IMG/VR virus record: IMGVR_UViG_3300028393_000047 | Length of the DNA stretch: 20,000 bases | Origin: an uncultured virus (IMG/VR IMGVR_UViG_3300028393_000047) | Taxonomy: Duplodnaviria > Heunggongvirae > Uroviricota > Caudoviricetes | Strand: one strand, 5' to 3' | Shown: one piece after another, positions 8,587-16,913 of the stretch | Layout: each line of letters opens with the position of its first letter | How positions within the stretch are numbered: position 1 is the stretch's first letter | Made by a program: the position numbers and the translations under genes | The notes under the pieces: model-generated | Told to the model about the DNA's origin: nothing | Databases searched by the model: none | Seen by the model: the letters and a program-made list of their open reading frames with translations, nothing else

Positions 8587-9210
8587 ATGGCACACATCGT
8601 AGCAAATCTTCCCGCAGTTAAGTGTTTTGTACGCAAAGAATTTCTCTATGACTTTGAAAAGGGTCATGGAGAATTAGTTCCTTGCTGGTGGATAAGTATA
8701 AAGAGTTTGAGGGGACAAGCATTTCGCATAGAAGCATATCTAAATGAATACGGCGCATTATATGACAAATTGCCATTACACGCATTCTGCTGGAAAGAAA
8801 TAACAAATGAAATGCCCCTCGACCAATTACAATTGTGGGATTGTTTGTCATATGACATTACTGTAATTAAAAAAGCACAGTTGCAATCTCAAAAATGTAA
8901 ATTCAAAACTAAGGCTGGTGATTGGAGATACGGCGAGTATATGTTTACTGTCGATTCTGCACATCCAGATTTTAATGTACTAGATACAGGATTCAGCGAA
9001 GATGTTGAAGATCATAAGTCTTACAACTTTATTAAGTGTGATAATGGGCAATTTGCCGCACAGCCCAACAATAGAATGCTGATTCTAGAACCTAGTAGCA
9101 ACCCTAAAGAACTTAAGATTCCAGATTTCAAAGTAGCAACAAAGCGTTGGTCTGTAGAGACTGAAGCAAAATGGGCACTTGGAAGTACCAGTACTGTAAT
9201 GTACGAATAA
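8587..9210 (+). CDS. Conserved phage hypothetical protein
   Basis: 207-aa ORF in operon context; motifs VRKEFLYD...GHGE, GALYDKLP.HAF, LQLWDC, YMFTVD, GQFAAQPNNR familiar from aquatic phages; function unknown. Confidence 0.75.
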   Translation: MAHIVANLPAVKCFVRKEFLYDFEKGHGELVPCWWISIKSLRGQAFRIEAYLNEYGALYDKLPLHAFCWKEITNEMPLDQLQLWDCLSYDITVIKKAQLQSQKCKFKTKAGDWRYGEYMFTVDSAHPDFNVLDTGFSEDVEDHKSYNFIKCDNGQFAAQPNNRMLILEPSSNPKELKIPDFKVATKRWSVETEAKWALGSTSTVMYE

Positions 9211-9219
9211 GGAGAAAAA

Positions 9220-9432
9220 ATGACAACATATAACGTATTCTGCGATACATGCGAAGCTGAGTATTCAGTAACACCATCGGCAGGAGTATCAGATTTAATT
9301 CCAACAAATTGTTCCTATTGTGGCTCTCATATAGCAGAAGAAACAATTACGGAATTAGAAGAAGAATGGACTGATGAAGATTGGGATAGTCTAATAGAAG
9401 ATGAATGGAACACGGAAGAAGACAATAGATGA
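9220..9432 (+). CDS. Small Zn-ribbon protein with acidic tail
   Basis: CDTC...CSYCG; D/E/W-rich C-terminus; SD TAAGGAG. Confidence 0.75.
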   Translation: MTTYNVFCDTCEAEYSVTPSAGVSDLIPTNCSYCGSHIAEETITELEEEWTDEDWDSLIEDEWNTEEDNR

Positions 9433-9998
9433 TCGTAGCAGGAATAGATTATTCCCTAACATGTCCTGCAATGTGCGTATTTGATGATGAAGACGGAGAG
9501 TTTAGTTTTGAAAAATGTCATTTTTATTTTCTGACACAATCTAGAAAATATGATGTACAATTTAAAAATATAACAGGTAGATTTTTTGACCACGAAGGAA
9601 TGACAGATGTATTGCGATATGATGGTATATCAAATTTCTTTATCGATAAGTTGTTAGATACAGACAAAGATTGCCACGTATTCCTAGAAGGTTATTCTAT
9701 GGGGTCAAAGGGCAGAGTGTTTAATATTGCAGAGAACGCTGGTATTCTAAAATACCGATTATGGTTGTTTGCCGTAGAATGTACAGAAGTGCCACCAACA
9801 GTACTTAAGAAATATGCTACTGGTAAAGGCAATGCAAATAAAGAACGAATGCAAGAAGTCTTTGAAGAATTTAATGATATTCGTCTAAAGGAAGAACTAC
9901 ATATGACTGAGAAGCAATGGAATCCTTCTTCCGACTTAATTGATGCATATTGGCTATGCAAATATGGAGTTGATAGGTTGACATCCCAAACAAAGTAG
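9429..9998 (+). CDS. RuvC-like Holliday junction resolvase/nuclease
   Basis: GIDYS (catalytic D), FLEGYS (E), KKYATGKGNANK, DLIDAY (DxxD). Confidence 0.82.
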   Translation: MIVAGIDYSLTCPAMCVFDDEDGEFSFEKCHFYFLTQSRKYDVQFKNITGRFFDHEGMTDVLRYDGISNFFIDKLLDTDKDCHVFLEGYSMGSKGRVFNIAENAGILKYRLWLFAVECTEVPPTVLKKYATGKGNANKERMQEVFEEFNDIRLKEELHMTEKQWNPSSDLIDAYWLCKYGVDRLTSQTK

Positions 9999-10009
9999 AG
10001 TATACTCTA
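9978..10009 (+). promoter_or_regulatory. sigma70-type promoter upstream of clpP-like gene
   Basis: TTGACA (9978-9983), 17 bp spacer, TATACT (10001-10006) inside the perfect palindrome TAGAGTATACTCTA (9996-10009). Confidence 0.78.
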
Positions 10010-10033
10010 TATTACTGTAGAAAGTGAGTGATT

Positions 10034-10708
10034 ATGGACGAAGAAGAAAACAAGCTAGAGTCGATATTCAAGGACGATTCAAAAAAACCTAGACAACCAA
10101 AAATACTAGGGCAACTATACACATTGTATTTGGTTGGAGAAATAACTTCTCCTGAAGAATATGTTGACTGGTATGAAACAATCAGAAATGCAACAGAGAA
10201 TGATGTGATTAAAATTCACATCAATTCTCCTGGCGGCAATTTATTTACTGCTATACAACTAATGCGTGTCATGGCAGAATCTCAAGCAAATATTTTAACA
10301 TCAGTAGAAGGCGCATGTATGTCTGCGGCTACGATGGTGTTCTTATCTGGTGATGGATTTGAAATCTCAGAACATTCTATGTTTATGTTCCACAATTATT
10401 CTGGTGGAACTGGCGGCAAAGGTGGTGAGATGTACGATAATATCATGTATGAGCGTAAGTGGTCGGATAAATTTATGCGTAGCATATATGATGGGTTCTT
10501 AACTGACATTGAAATCAAGTCAATGTTAGAGAACAAAGATATCTGGATGGAACCAGAAGAAGTCTTTAAGCGTTTGAACAAACGTGGTGAAGATAGATTG
10601 AAAGGCGCAGAGGTTAAAACTAGAAAACCTAGAGTAAAATCTGCGGTTAAAAAAACACCTGCTAAAAAAGTGAGAAACGCAAATGTCAGAAAACCAAAAG
10701 AGTCCTGA
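10034..10708 (+). CDS. clpP: ClpP-like serine protease (S14 family) with basic C-terminal tail
   Basis: INSPGG, CMSAAT (Ser), FMFH (His), KDIW (Asp). Start is ATG 10034 or GTG 10028. Confidence 0.85.
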   Translation: MDEEENKLESIFKDDSKKPRQPKILGQLYTLYLVGEITSPEEYVDWYETIRNATENDVIKIHINSPGGNLFTAIQLMRVMAESQANILTSVEGACMSAATMVFLSGDGFEISEHSMFMFHNYSGGTGGKGGEMYDNIMYERKWSDKFMRSIYDGFLTDIEIKSMLENKDIWMEPEEVFKRLNKRGEDRLKGAEVKTRKPRVKSAVKKTPAKKVRNANVRKPKES

Positions 10709-11411
10709 TGGATTATTTCTAGTATCTTCAGCTATACACACAAATCATGGAGTATATAATTCTGACCAGCGCCTAGAACAAACAATAAACACACTAAAGT
10801 CAATTAAAGAAAGATGCGATGCAGATATCGTTCTGCTTGATGGTGGCTTAAAATCTCCAACTGACGAAGAGCGAAAAGTTTTAGAAGAATACGCAAAAGG
10901 AATTGTTAGTTTTTCTGACGCACCTTCTATCAAAGATATCTTAGCTATCCCAAGTCAAGACATTGTAAAAAACATGGCAGAGATTGTTATGTTTGGTTCA
11001 ACGTTTCAAGACATTGGTGTTTCTGGCGACTACAAAAAATACAAACGAATTTTTAAGATGAGTGGAAGATATGTGTTAAATGATAACTTCAATTATCAAA
11101 CACACATTGATGCGAAGGATAAAATTATCATTCGTGGTCCTTTCACTAGTCAATTCACATCAGCACAAACTGGTGGAGTCATATTTCAGTACATGAGTAG
11201 ACTGTGGAGTTTTGATTCTGAAATGCTTCCTAACATTGCAGAAGCATATGGTAGAATGTTCAAAGACATAAATATGGTTTTGACTGGCGGTGGATACATT
11301 GACATAGAGCATTTATTGTTTGTGCATTTAGACCCATCAAAAATTCAGAAGATTGCAAAAATTGGAATTGAAGGAAACATTGCACCCAATGGAAATGGAA
11401 TTTCAGAATGA
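10683..11411 (+). CDS. Hypothetical protein, possibly glycosyltransferase-like
   Basis: FLVSSAI...RLEQTINTLKSI...VLLDG, FKMSGRY.L and DIEH motifs resemble phage GT-A-like proteins. Function inferred only. Confidence 0.5.
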   Translation: MSENQKSPDGLFLVSSAIHTNHGVYNSDQRLEQTINTLKSIKERCDADIVLLDGGLKSPTDEERKVLEEYAKGIVSFSDAPSIKDILAIPSQDIVKNMAEIVMFGSTFQDIGVSGDYKKYKRIFKMSGRYVLNDNFNYQTHIDAKDKIIIRGPFTSQFTSAQTGGVIFQYMSRLWSFDSEMLPNIAEAYGRMFKDINMVLTGGGYIDIEHLLFVHLDPSKIQKIAKIGIEGNIAPNGNGISE

Positions 11412-12229
11412 AGTATAAAATTTTTCAGATTTGTTTTGAACAAAATCAAATACCACAAGTTGATCCTCTGCTAACACCATTTGACAATACAAAGAATGAA
11501 CGCCCTGAATTGAGAGAGTTTCATTCGTTCAATCGTATTATTGATGAAGGCTTTGCAGATGACTTAGATGCATGGGGTGTATTTGGTCCACGTTGGCAAG
11601 ACAAGATGCGCCATTCATCACAAGTTATTGTTGATGCGATTAAAGACAATTCAGAAGCAGACGTTTGGATTTTTAATCACGCAAGAGTACAAGATGCATT
11701 CATGTATAACGTATGGGAACAAGGTGAATACTTTCACAAAGGAATTCGTAGCGTTACTGGAACCGCACTTCAGGCTGGAGGTTATGATACTACTGCGCTT
11801 GAAGTTGTAATGACGGATGCTACATGTTATTGCAGTTACTTTGTCGCAAGAAAAGAATTCTGGTTAGACTATATCGCTTTTGTTAAAGACGTTAAAACAC
11901 ATCTAGAAGCATTGACTGGACTTGAAGCCGACATTTATCATGGTAGTGCAAACTATGCTAGAGACCCGAATCTGAATATGTTTCCGTTCATTGTAGAAAG
12001 ATTGTTCTCAACATTCTTGCACATGAATGGAAAATACAAAATCTATAGCAGAAAATATGATTACAGCGTTTATAAGGATCAAGTAAATGATTTTTATAAA
12101 ATTATCGAATCGATGAATGAGTTGAAGCGATTGACGTTGACTCAAGATTCTCCAGATTTGTTTCATCATTGGAATCAACTGAGAGTATATTTTATTAAAA
12201 TGTATCCGCAATTATTTAACTTGGACTAA
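11408..12229 (+). CDS. Hypothetical protein, possibly glycosyltransferase-like (DUF4422-like)
   Basis: CSYFVARKEFWLDY and FIVERLFS motifs; ATGA coupled to the upstream gene. Confidence 0.5.
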   Translation: MKYKIFQICFEQNQIPQVDPLLTPFDNTKNERPELREFHSFNRIIDEGFADDLDAWGVFGPRWQDKMRHSSQVIVDAIKDNSEADVWIFNHARVQDAFMYNVWEQGEYFHKGIRSVTGTALQAGGYDTTALEVVMTDATCYCSYFVARKEFWLDYIAFVKDVKTHLEALTGLEADIYHGSANYARDPNLNMFPFIVERLFSTFLHMNGKYKIYSRKYDYSVYKDQVNDFYKIIESMNELKRLTLTQDSPDLFHHWNQLRVYFIKMYPQLFNLD

Positions 12230-12230
12230 T

Positions 12231-12524
12231 ATGATTATCGATTTGTTTCGACCTACTATAGAATGGATTAAAGATGATTTTAAATCTAACCGAATTCGCT
12301 TTGTTGTTGAGTTGCTTGCTTGGGCTATTAGCATTGGTTGTAGCATTACTATGGCGAGTACAGTCCCCAATCCTCCTCTTCTTACTTTATATCCTGTCTG
12401 GATCACTGGCTGTGCTTTGTATGCTTGGGCTTCTTGGACTAGGAAATCTTTTGGCATGTTGGCTAACTATCTACTGCTAACAACAATTGATACCATAGGA
12501 CTAGTGAGAATGCTTACCGCTTGA
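12231..12524 (+). CDS. Small multi-pass (about 3 TM) membrane protein
   Basis: Three hydrophobic segments; starts 1 nt after the upstream stop. Confidence 0.7.
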   Translation: MIIDLFRPTIEWIKDDFKSNRIRFVVELLAWAISIGCSITMASTVPNPPLLTLYPVWITGCALYAWASWTRKSFGMLANYLLLTTIDTIGLVRMLTA

Positions 12525-12549
12525 CTTTCCATAGAACATGAGTTATAAT
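12521..12549 (+). promoter_or_regulatory. sigma70-type promoter
   Basis: TTGACT (12521-12526), 17 bp spacer, TATAAT (12544-12549); SD TAAGGAG downstream. Confidence 0.8.
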
Positions 12550-12574
12550 GAATGTATTCGCTTAAGGAGTATGT

Positions 12575-13066
12575 ATGGCAAATAAAACTTGGACAATTTC
12601 ACTGGAAGAAGATCCTGAAACAGGAGACTTGATTCTTCCTTTAAATGATGAGATACTAGAAGGAACTGGTTGGAAAACTGGTGACACTATTGATTGGATT
12701 GACAATAAAGATGGAAGCTGGACTATGAAGAAAATTGAAACTCAATGGGTTCTTGTTGAAGCTGTATCTATGTTCCGTGAACGTTACATGGTAGAAGTGC
12801 CTGTTGGCACAGATTATTATGGTAAAGACAAAGCAGATTGGGCACTTGATACTGTAACATTAAGCGAGGCTAAAGAATTTTCACAAGAACACTTAGGCGA
12901 AACTATTGTATCGCATCGTGTTGTTACAAAAGAAGAAGCACTAGCAATGTGCGATAAAGATAATGACTATGCAAGAGTGTGGAATGATGAATTGAAAATT
13001 AAAACATTTTTCACCAAAAAGGAAGAACATATTCGTGATGGAGATTATAATGACTCTACCCGATGA
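12575..13066 (+). CDS. Protein with N-terminal AbrB/MazE-like domain fused to an unknown domain
   Basis: GDLILPLNDEILEGTGWKTGDTIDW fits the swapped-hairpin pattern; strong SD. Confidence 0.65.
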   Translation: MANKTWTISLEEDPETGDLILPLNDEILEGTGWKTGDTIDWIDNKDGSWTMKKIETQWVLVEAVSMFRERYMVEVPVGTDYYGKDKADWALDTVTLSEAKEFSQEHLGETIVSHRVVTKEEALAMCDKDNDYARVWNDELKIKTFFTKKEEHIRDGDYNDSTR

Positions 13067-13283
13067 AAGATATCGTGCGTTGCGTTGTGGACAACAATTA
13101 CTTTTAGATTTATTGAATCCTAAAGTAACGCCTAAAGTTCCAAAATACATTCGTCAACGTGCATTAGGTATTTTGCGACACTATCCAGATTCATATCACT
13201 TCACACGGATTGTAGAAAAGTTGCCTGAAGATTTTTCTGTTAATAGTCCATTTGTAAAGGTGACGAATGAAAACGGAAACTGA
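13050..13283 (+). CDS. Conserved hypothetical protein (BPSL0761-family-like)
   Basis: Start reassigned to ATG 13050 (SD GGAG 13040-13043); MTLPDERYRA...PKVP..IR..A..ILRHYP. Confidence 0.7.
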   Translation: MTLPDERYRALRCGQQLLLDLLNPKVTPKVPKYIRQRALGILRHYPDSYHFTRIVEKLPEDFSVNSPFVKVTNENGN

Positions 13284-13437
13284 AAATGAAGTTGTGCATT
13301 TTTTACAAGAGTTGCTACATCCTGAAGGTTTTGGATGGTCAGTAACTGCTGAGGTTCGTAAAGAATCAAAGCGCCTTTTAATTATGATAGAAAGTGAAAG
13401 TAATGAGCAAGATTCAACAATTCGGCAGAGTCTATGA
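13267..13437 (+). CDS. Hypothetical protein, 56 aa (not in ORF track)
   Basis: MKTETENEVVHFLQELLHPEGFGWSVTAEVRKESKRLLIMIESESNEQDSTIRQSL*; SD AAGGTG; fills the gap 13284-13402. Confidence 0.6.
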   Translation: MKTETENEVVHFLQELLHPEGFGWSVTAEVRKESKRLLIMIESESNEQDSTIRQSL

Positions 13438-13705
13438 AACGTTTGATCCCAGTAATAAAAAACATAGAAAAATTTTCCATGATGTTTTAAGATATCGTAC
13501 ATGGGGTAGGTCTCCGATTTGTTTTTGGGCAGAAGATGATTCTTCTGGTTCTAACAGTTTGATGGATCAATGTATCAAAGCAATGGGAAGATACTATATA
13601 GAAAAAGAGTTTGGTGTGTTACTAGATGACGATCCTTTTGGTGGCGGAGAACTAACTCGCACTAGACCGAATCCGTGTCCTCATTCTTGGAAGAAATTAA
13701 AATGA
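13403..13705 (+). CDS. Hypothetical protein
   Basis: MSKIQQFGRVYETFDPSNKKHR...TWGRSP; ATG 13403 preferred over GTG 13394. Confidence 0.65.
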   Translation: MSKIQQFGRVYETFDPSNKKHRKIFHDVLRYRTWGRSPICFWAEDDSSGSNSLMDQCIKAMGRYYIEKEFGVLLDDDPFGGGELTRTRPNPCPHSWKKLK

Positions 13706-14427
13706 AAGTTTATATCGGACCCTATAAAAATTGGATAGGACCATATCAGATTGCCGAAGCACTTTGTTTTTGGGCAAAGCCTGTCGAGGATGAATATCGA
13801 TACAAACGTAAACCTGATTGGGTGCATAACTTTGGCACTTGGCTTTCTCATGGAACTACAAAAGAAGAAATTGTAGAGTCGAAAAACGCACCAGAAACTT
13901 GGCTATTGAAATTATGTCGATGGATAGAGTCTAAGCGTAATCGTAGGTCTTATATCAAGATTGACAAATACGACACATGGTCAATGGACCATACACTTGC
14001 AATGATTGTCTTGCCTATGCTAAAACAACTGCAAGCAACAAAGCATGGGTCGCCTAATGTTGATGATGAAGATGTGCCAGAAGAATTAAAGTCAACTTCA
14101 GCGCCAGCAAAAGAAAATGAATGGGATACTGATGAAAATCATTTCAAGCGTTGGGATTGGGTATTAGATGAAATGATTTTTGCATTCACTTGCAAGAATG
14201 ATGATTCTTGGCAAGAAGCATTTCGTTCCGGCGAACATGAGTTGATTTGGAAACCTGTTGATAAAGATGGCAATGAAGTCCCAAAAAAAGACGCTAAGTT
14301 GTTTCGAATGGAACATGGTCCTAACGACACATACAAGTGTGACTATGAAGGCATGAAAGTTGTTGAGACACGAATTCAAAACGGATTCCGTTTGTTTGGC
14401 AAATACTATCAAGCACTTTGGGATTAA
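13702..14427 (+). CDS. Conserved phage hypothetical protein
   Basis: Start ATG 13702 (ATGA overlap); IKIDKYDTWSMDHTLA...KHGSP.VDDEDVP...RWDWVLDEMIFAF...GF.LFGKYYQALWD. Confidence 0.78.
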   Translation: MKVYIGPYKNWIGPYQIAEALCFWAKPVEDEYRYKRKPDWVHNFGTWLSHGTTKEEIVESKNAPETWLLKLCRWIESKRNRRSYIKIDKYDTWSMDHTLAMIVLPMLKQLQATKHGSPNVDDEDVPEELKSTSAPAKENEWDTDENHFKRWDWVLDEMIFAFTCKNDDSWQEAFRSGEHELIWKPVDKDGNEVPKKDAKLFRMEHGPNDTYKCDYEGMKVVETRIQNGFRLFGKYYQALWD

Positions 14428-14433
14428 ACTATG

Positions 14434-14461
14434 CTAAATACTCCTATGATAATCATAGGAG
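14434..14461 (+). promoter_or_regulatory. T4-type late-promoter motif plus SD-sequestering hairpin upstream of endolysin
   Basis: CTAAATA at 14434-14440; perfect stem CTCCTATGA (14441-14449) / TCATAGGAG (14453-14461) containing SD AGGAG. Confidence 0.7.
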
Positions 14462-14467
14462 ATGGCG

Positions 14468-15088
14468 ATGGATTTTTTCACACAAGAAGCGGTAAAACAA
14501 TTAATTCCAAAAGTTAAAAATTTTGATGAGTGGTATAGTAATTTAGTTGAAATTTTACCACAATATGATATAGATACGTCAGCTAGAGTTGCCGCATTTA
14601 TGGCTCAATGCGGGCATGAATCTGGTGGGTTTACTACTCTACAAGAGAATTTAAATTATTCTGCAAAAGGTTTAGTTGGCACTTTTAAGAAATACTTTCC
14701 TAATGAGGCGGTAGCAAAACAATACGAACGTAGACCAGAAATGATTGCGAATCGTGTTTATGCTAATCGTATGGGTAATGGAGATGAAGCATCTGGAGAA
14801 GGTTGGTATTTTCGTGGTAGAGGAATCGTACAAATTACTGGAAAAAACAACTATACTAAATGCTCTCAAGCATTGTTTGAAGACAATACACTTGTTGATG
14901 ATCCAGACTTATTGCTTGAAGCAGAATATGCTATTCACTCTGCATGTTGGTTTTGGTCTGCGGCAAGACTAAATGAATTAGCTGATATAGGCGATATCAA
15001 AACAATGACAAAACGAATCAATGGTGGATACCTTGGTTTAGAAGAAAGAATCAATCATTACAATCATGCGATTGAAATTTTAACTTAA
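14468..15088 (+). CDS. GH19 (chitinase-like) endolysin
   Basis: AAFMAQCGHESGGF, ENLNYS, ANRVYANRMGNG, RGRGIVQITGKNNY, SACWFW, TKRINGG. ATG 14468 is 6 nt from the SD; ATG 14462 abuts it. Confidence 0.92.
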   Translation: MDFFTQEAVKQLIPKVKNFDEWYSNLVEILPQYDIDTSARVAAFMAQCGHESGGFTTLQENLNYSAKGLVGTFKKYFPNEAVAKQYERRPEMIANRVYANRMGNGDEASGEGWYFRGRGIVQITGKNNYTKCSQALFEDNTLVDDPDLLLEAEYAIHSACWFWSAARLNELADIGDIKTMTKRINGGYLGLEERINHYNHAIEILT

Positions 15089-15100
15089 AGGGCGATAATT

Positions 15101-15400
15101 ATGTTCAAGAAAATTAAAGAATTTTTTACAAGTAGCAAACCAACAGTAGAGGTAACAAATCAAGAAGTTACTTTAACTGCGGCAGATGTTGCAATTAAAA
15201 ATATCAAAGAAACTACTGCGTCTTTGGATGCTAAAGTAGAGGTTGCGCCTGCAATAGTAGAAACACCAGAACCAGTAAAAGAGCAAGCATGGACCACAAA
15301 GCCAGCGCCACCTGTTACTAAAACTGCTAAACCAAAAAAACAACAATCGACTAAAGCGACTACTACTGCGCCTAAGAAGAGAAAGCCAGCACCAAAATAA
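15101..15400 (+). CDS. Low-complexity Pro/Thr/Lys-rich hypothetical protein
   Basis: MFKKIKEFF amphipathic start and basic tail (APKKRKPAPK). Confidence 0.7.
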   Translation: MFKKIKEFFTSSKPTVEVTNQEVTLTAADVAIKNIKETTASLDAKVEVAPAIVETPEPVKEQAWTTKPAPPVTKTAKPKKQQSTKATTTAPKKRKPAPK

Positions 15401-15520
15401 ATGTACTTCAATATCATTATAACGTTTAATGATATATTATTTTTATTATCTATGATGCCGTTAGTTGCGGTATTCTGTGTGATGTTTAGTGACTGGTTGA
15501 AAGATAAAGACAGGTATTAA
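15401..15520 (+). CDS. Small single-TM protein, 39 aa (not in ORF track)
   Basis: MYFNIIITFNDILFLLSMMPLVAVFCVMFSDWLKDKDRY*; starts right after the upstream TAA and ends 3 nt before the convergent gene. Confidence 0.55.
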   Translation: MYFNIIITFNDILFLLSMMPLVAVFCVMFSDWLKDKDRY

Positions 15521-15523
15521 AAT

Positions 15524-16297
15524 TTATCTACCCACATAGATTTGCGGTTCGGATTCTCTACGGCGTGTCTCTTCACTTTTTGGAAATAATCCATCCCCGT
15601 ATTGAGGATATTTTTGTTGCCTATCATGTGCGACCCACATAAACATTCCACCCATGGTGAATATCACTATTAAAATAAACACACCTACTATAGCCTCTTG
15701 TTTTAATTGTCTCATACGTGCGGCTCTTCTTTTTGCTTGCACTTCTTCTGCTCTTATTTTATTCACCAAAAGAACTTTTTGTTCTTTACCCATCTCTTTC
15801 ATCATCTCTTCTACTTCAGTATACAAAGCACCTAACTCAGGAGGGCTTTGATAGACCATCAACTCACGCAATTCAGTTCCCATTTGTTCTAATTGTTTTT
15901 TCATTAGAACACGTTGTAGCGCACGTTTGCCTAAACTGTCATCACCCTCATATAATTTTGTTTTGCTTTTACGTTCTTCTTCTGCAAAGATAGCCATACA
16001 TTTGTGTAAATTATCATAGTATGTGCCGAGATGATTTCCAATTTCAGTATAAATGCCAACGGTCTCACCATCACGTTTGTTTAATTCTATAACACGATTC
16101 TTCTCTTCAATGTATGCATTACGTTGTGTGACTGTTGCTGGTTTGTCTTTATGATTATTTGCAAATTGTTCATCTAAATCTTTGAGTACTGCTTTAACGT
16201 CACCTGCCGCACCTTTAATGTCTTTATATAACTGGCACCCCTTTTTAACAGCCGCAACGGCGCCGTTAGCTAATGCAAAAAGGGTAATTGGATCCAT
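15524..16297 (-). CDS. Helical membrane-anchored protein, MDPIT paralog 2
   Basis: MDPITLFALA start, coiled coil, TM IVGVFILIVIFTMGGMFMWV; TAATG coupling to paralog 1. Confidence 0.78.
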   Translation of the reverse strand: MDPITLFALANGAVAAVKKGCQLYKDIKGAAGDVKAVLKDLDEQFANNHKDKPATVTQRNAYIEEKNRVIELNKRDGETVGIYTEIGNHLGTYYDNLHKCMAIFAEEERKSKTKLYEGDDSLGKRALQRVLMKKQLEQMGTELRELMVYQSPPELGALYTEVEEMMKEMGKEQKVLLVNKIRAEEVQAKRRAARMRQLKQEAIVGVFILIVIFTMGGMFMWVAHDRQQKYPQYGDGLFPKSEETRRRESEPQIYVGR

Positions 16298-16908
16298 TAT
16301 TGTATCGCTTTATCTCTTTCTTCACGTTCTCTTTGTTCTCTCTCTTTATGCTGACGCCTTACTAATGCGGCTCTCTCAGCAACTTTTTGTTCATAAATTC
16401 GTTTTTCTTCCATTGCACCATATACACCTATACCACCCATAACAATTGCAAAAAGAATAGCACCAAATCCAATAAAATACATTCCAAACATAAACATGTC
16501 TGCCATTTTCTTTTTATGCTCTAATCTTTTTTTCTCAGCGGCGGCTTCTGCTTCTGCACGTTCTTTAAATAAACGTGTGCGTTCTTTAATCATCTGTTCC
16601 CAAATTTGAGGTTTACCCAATTGCCAGATAATCATATCCTTAAGTTCACGTTCTTGTTCACGTAATGCATCACTATGCATAGCAATTTGAAGTGCTTCTT
16701 TACCTAATTCAGCATCAGTTTTACCTAGGCTTTGCGCCTTTGCTCTTTGTTTTGTTTTTTCACGATGAATAGCATCTGAGGATTCAAAGAATTTGCTGAA
16801 TTGCCCGACAAGACTATTAACGTCTTTGCCTAATGCGATTGCCTGCTTGATGTGACTGACTGCACTCTGGGCGGCTGAGAATGCAAGTCCTATTGTAATT
16901 GGATCCAT
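16297..16908 (-). CDS. Helical membrane-anchored protein, MDPIT paralog 1
   Basis: MDPITIGLAFSAA start, coiled coil, TM MFGMYFIGFGAILFAIVMGGIGVYG. Confidence 0.78.
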   Translation of the reverse strand: MDPITIGLAFSAAQSAVSHIKQAIALGKDVNSLVGQFSKFFESSDAIHREKTKQRAKAQSLGKTDAELGKEALQIAMHSDALREQERELKDMIIWQLGKPQIWEQMIKERTRLFKERAEAEAAAEKKRLEHKKKMADMFMFGMYFIGFGAILFAIVMGGIGVYGAMEEKRIYEQKVAERAALVRRQHKEREQREREERDKAIQ

Positions 16909-16913
16909 GACTA

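Noticed and set aside
14468..15088. Chitinase as an auxiliary gene
   Set aside because: Phage GH19 proteins with these motifs are established endolysins, and the late-type control fits lysis.
15515..15530. Bidirectional terminator at the convergent junction
   Set aside because: Only 3 nt separate the stops and no GC stem with U-tract is visible.
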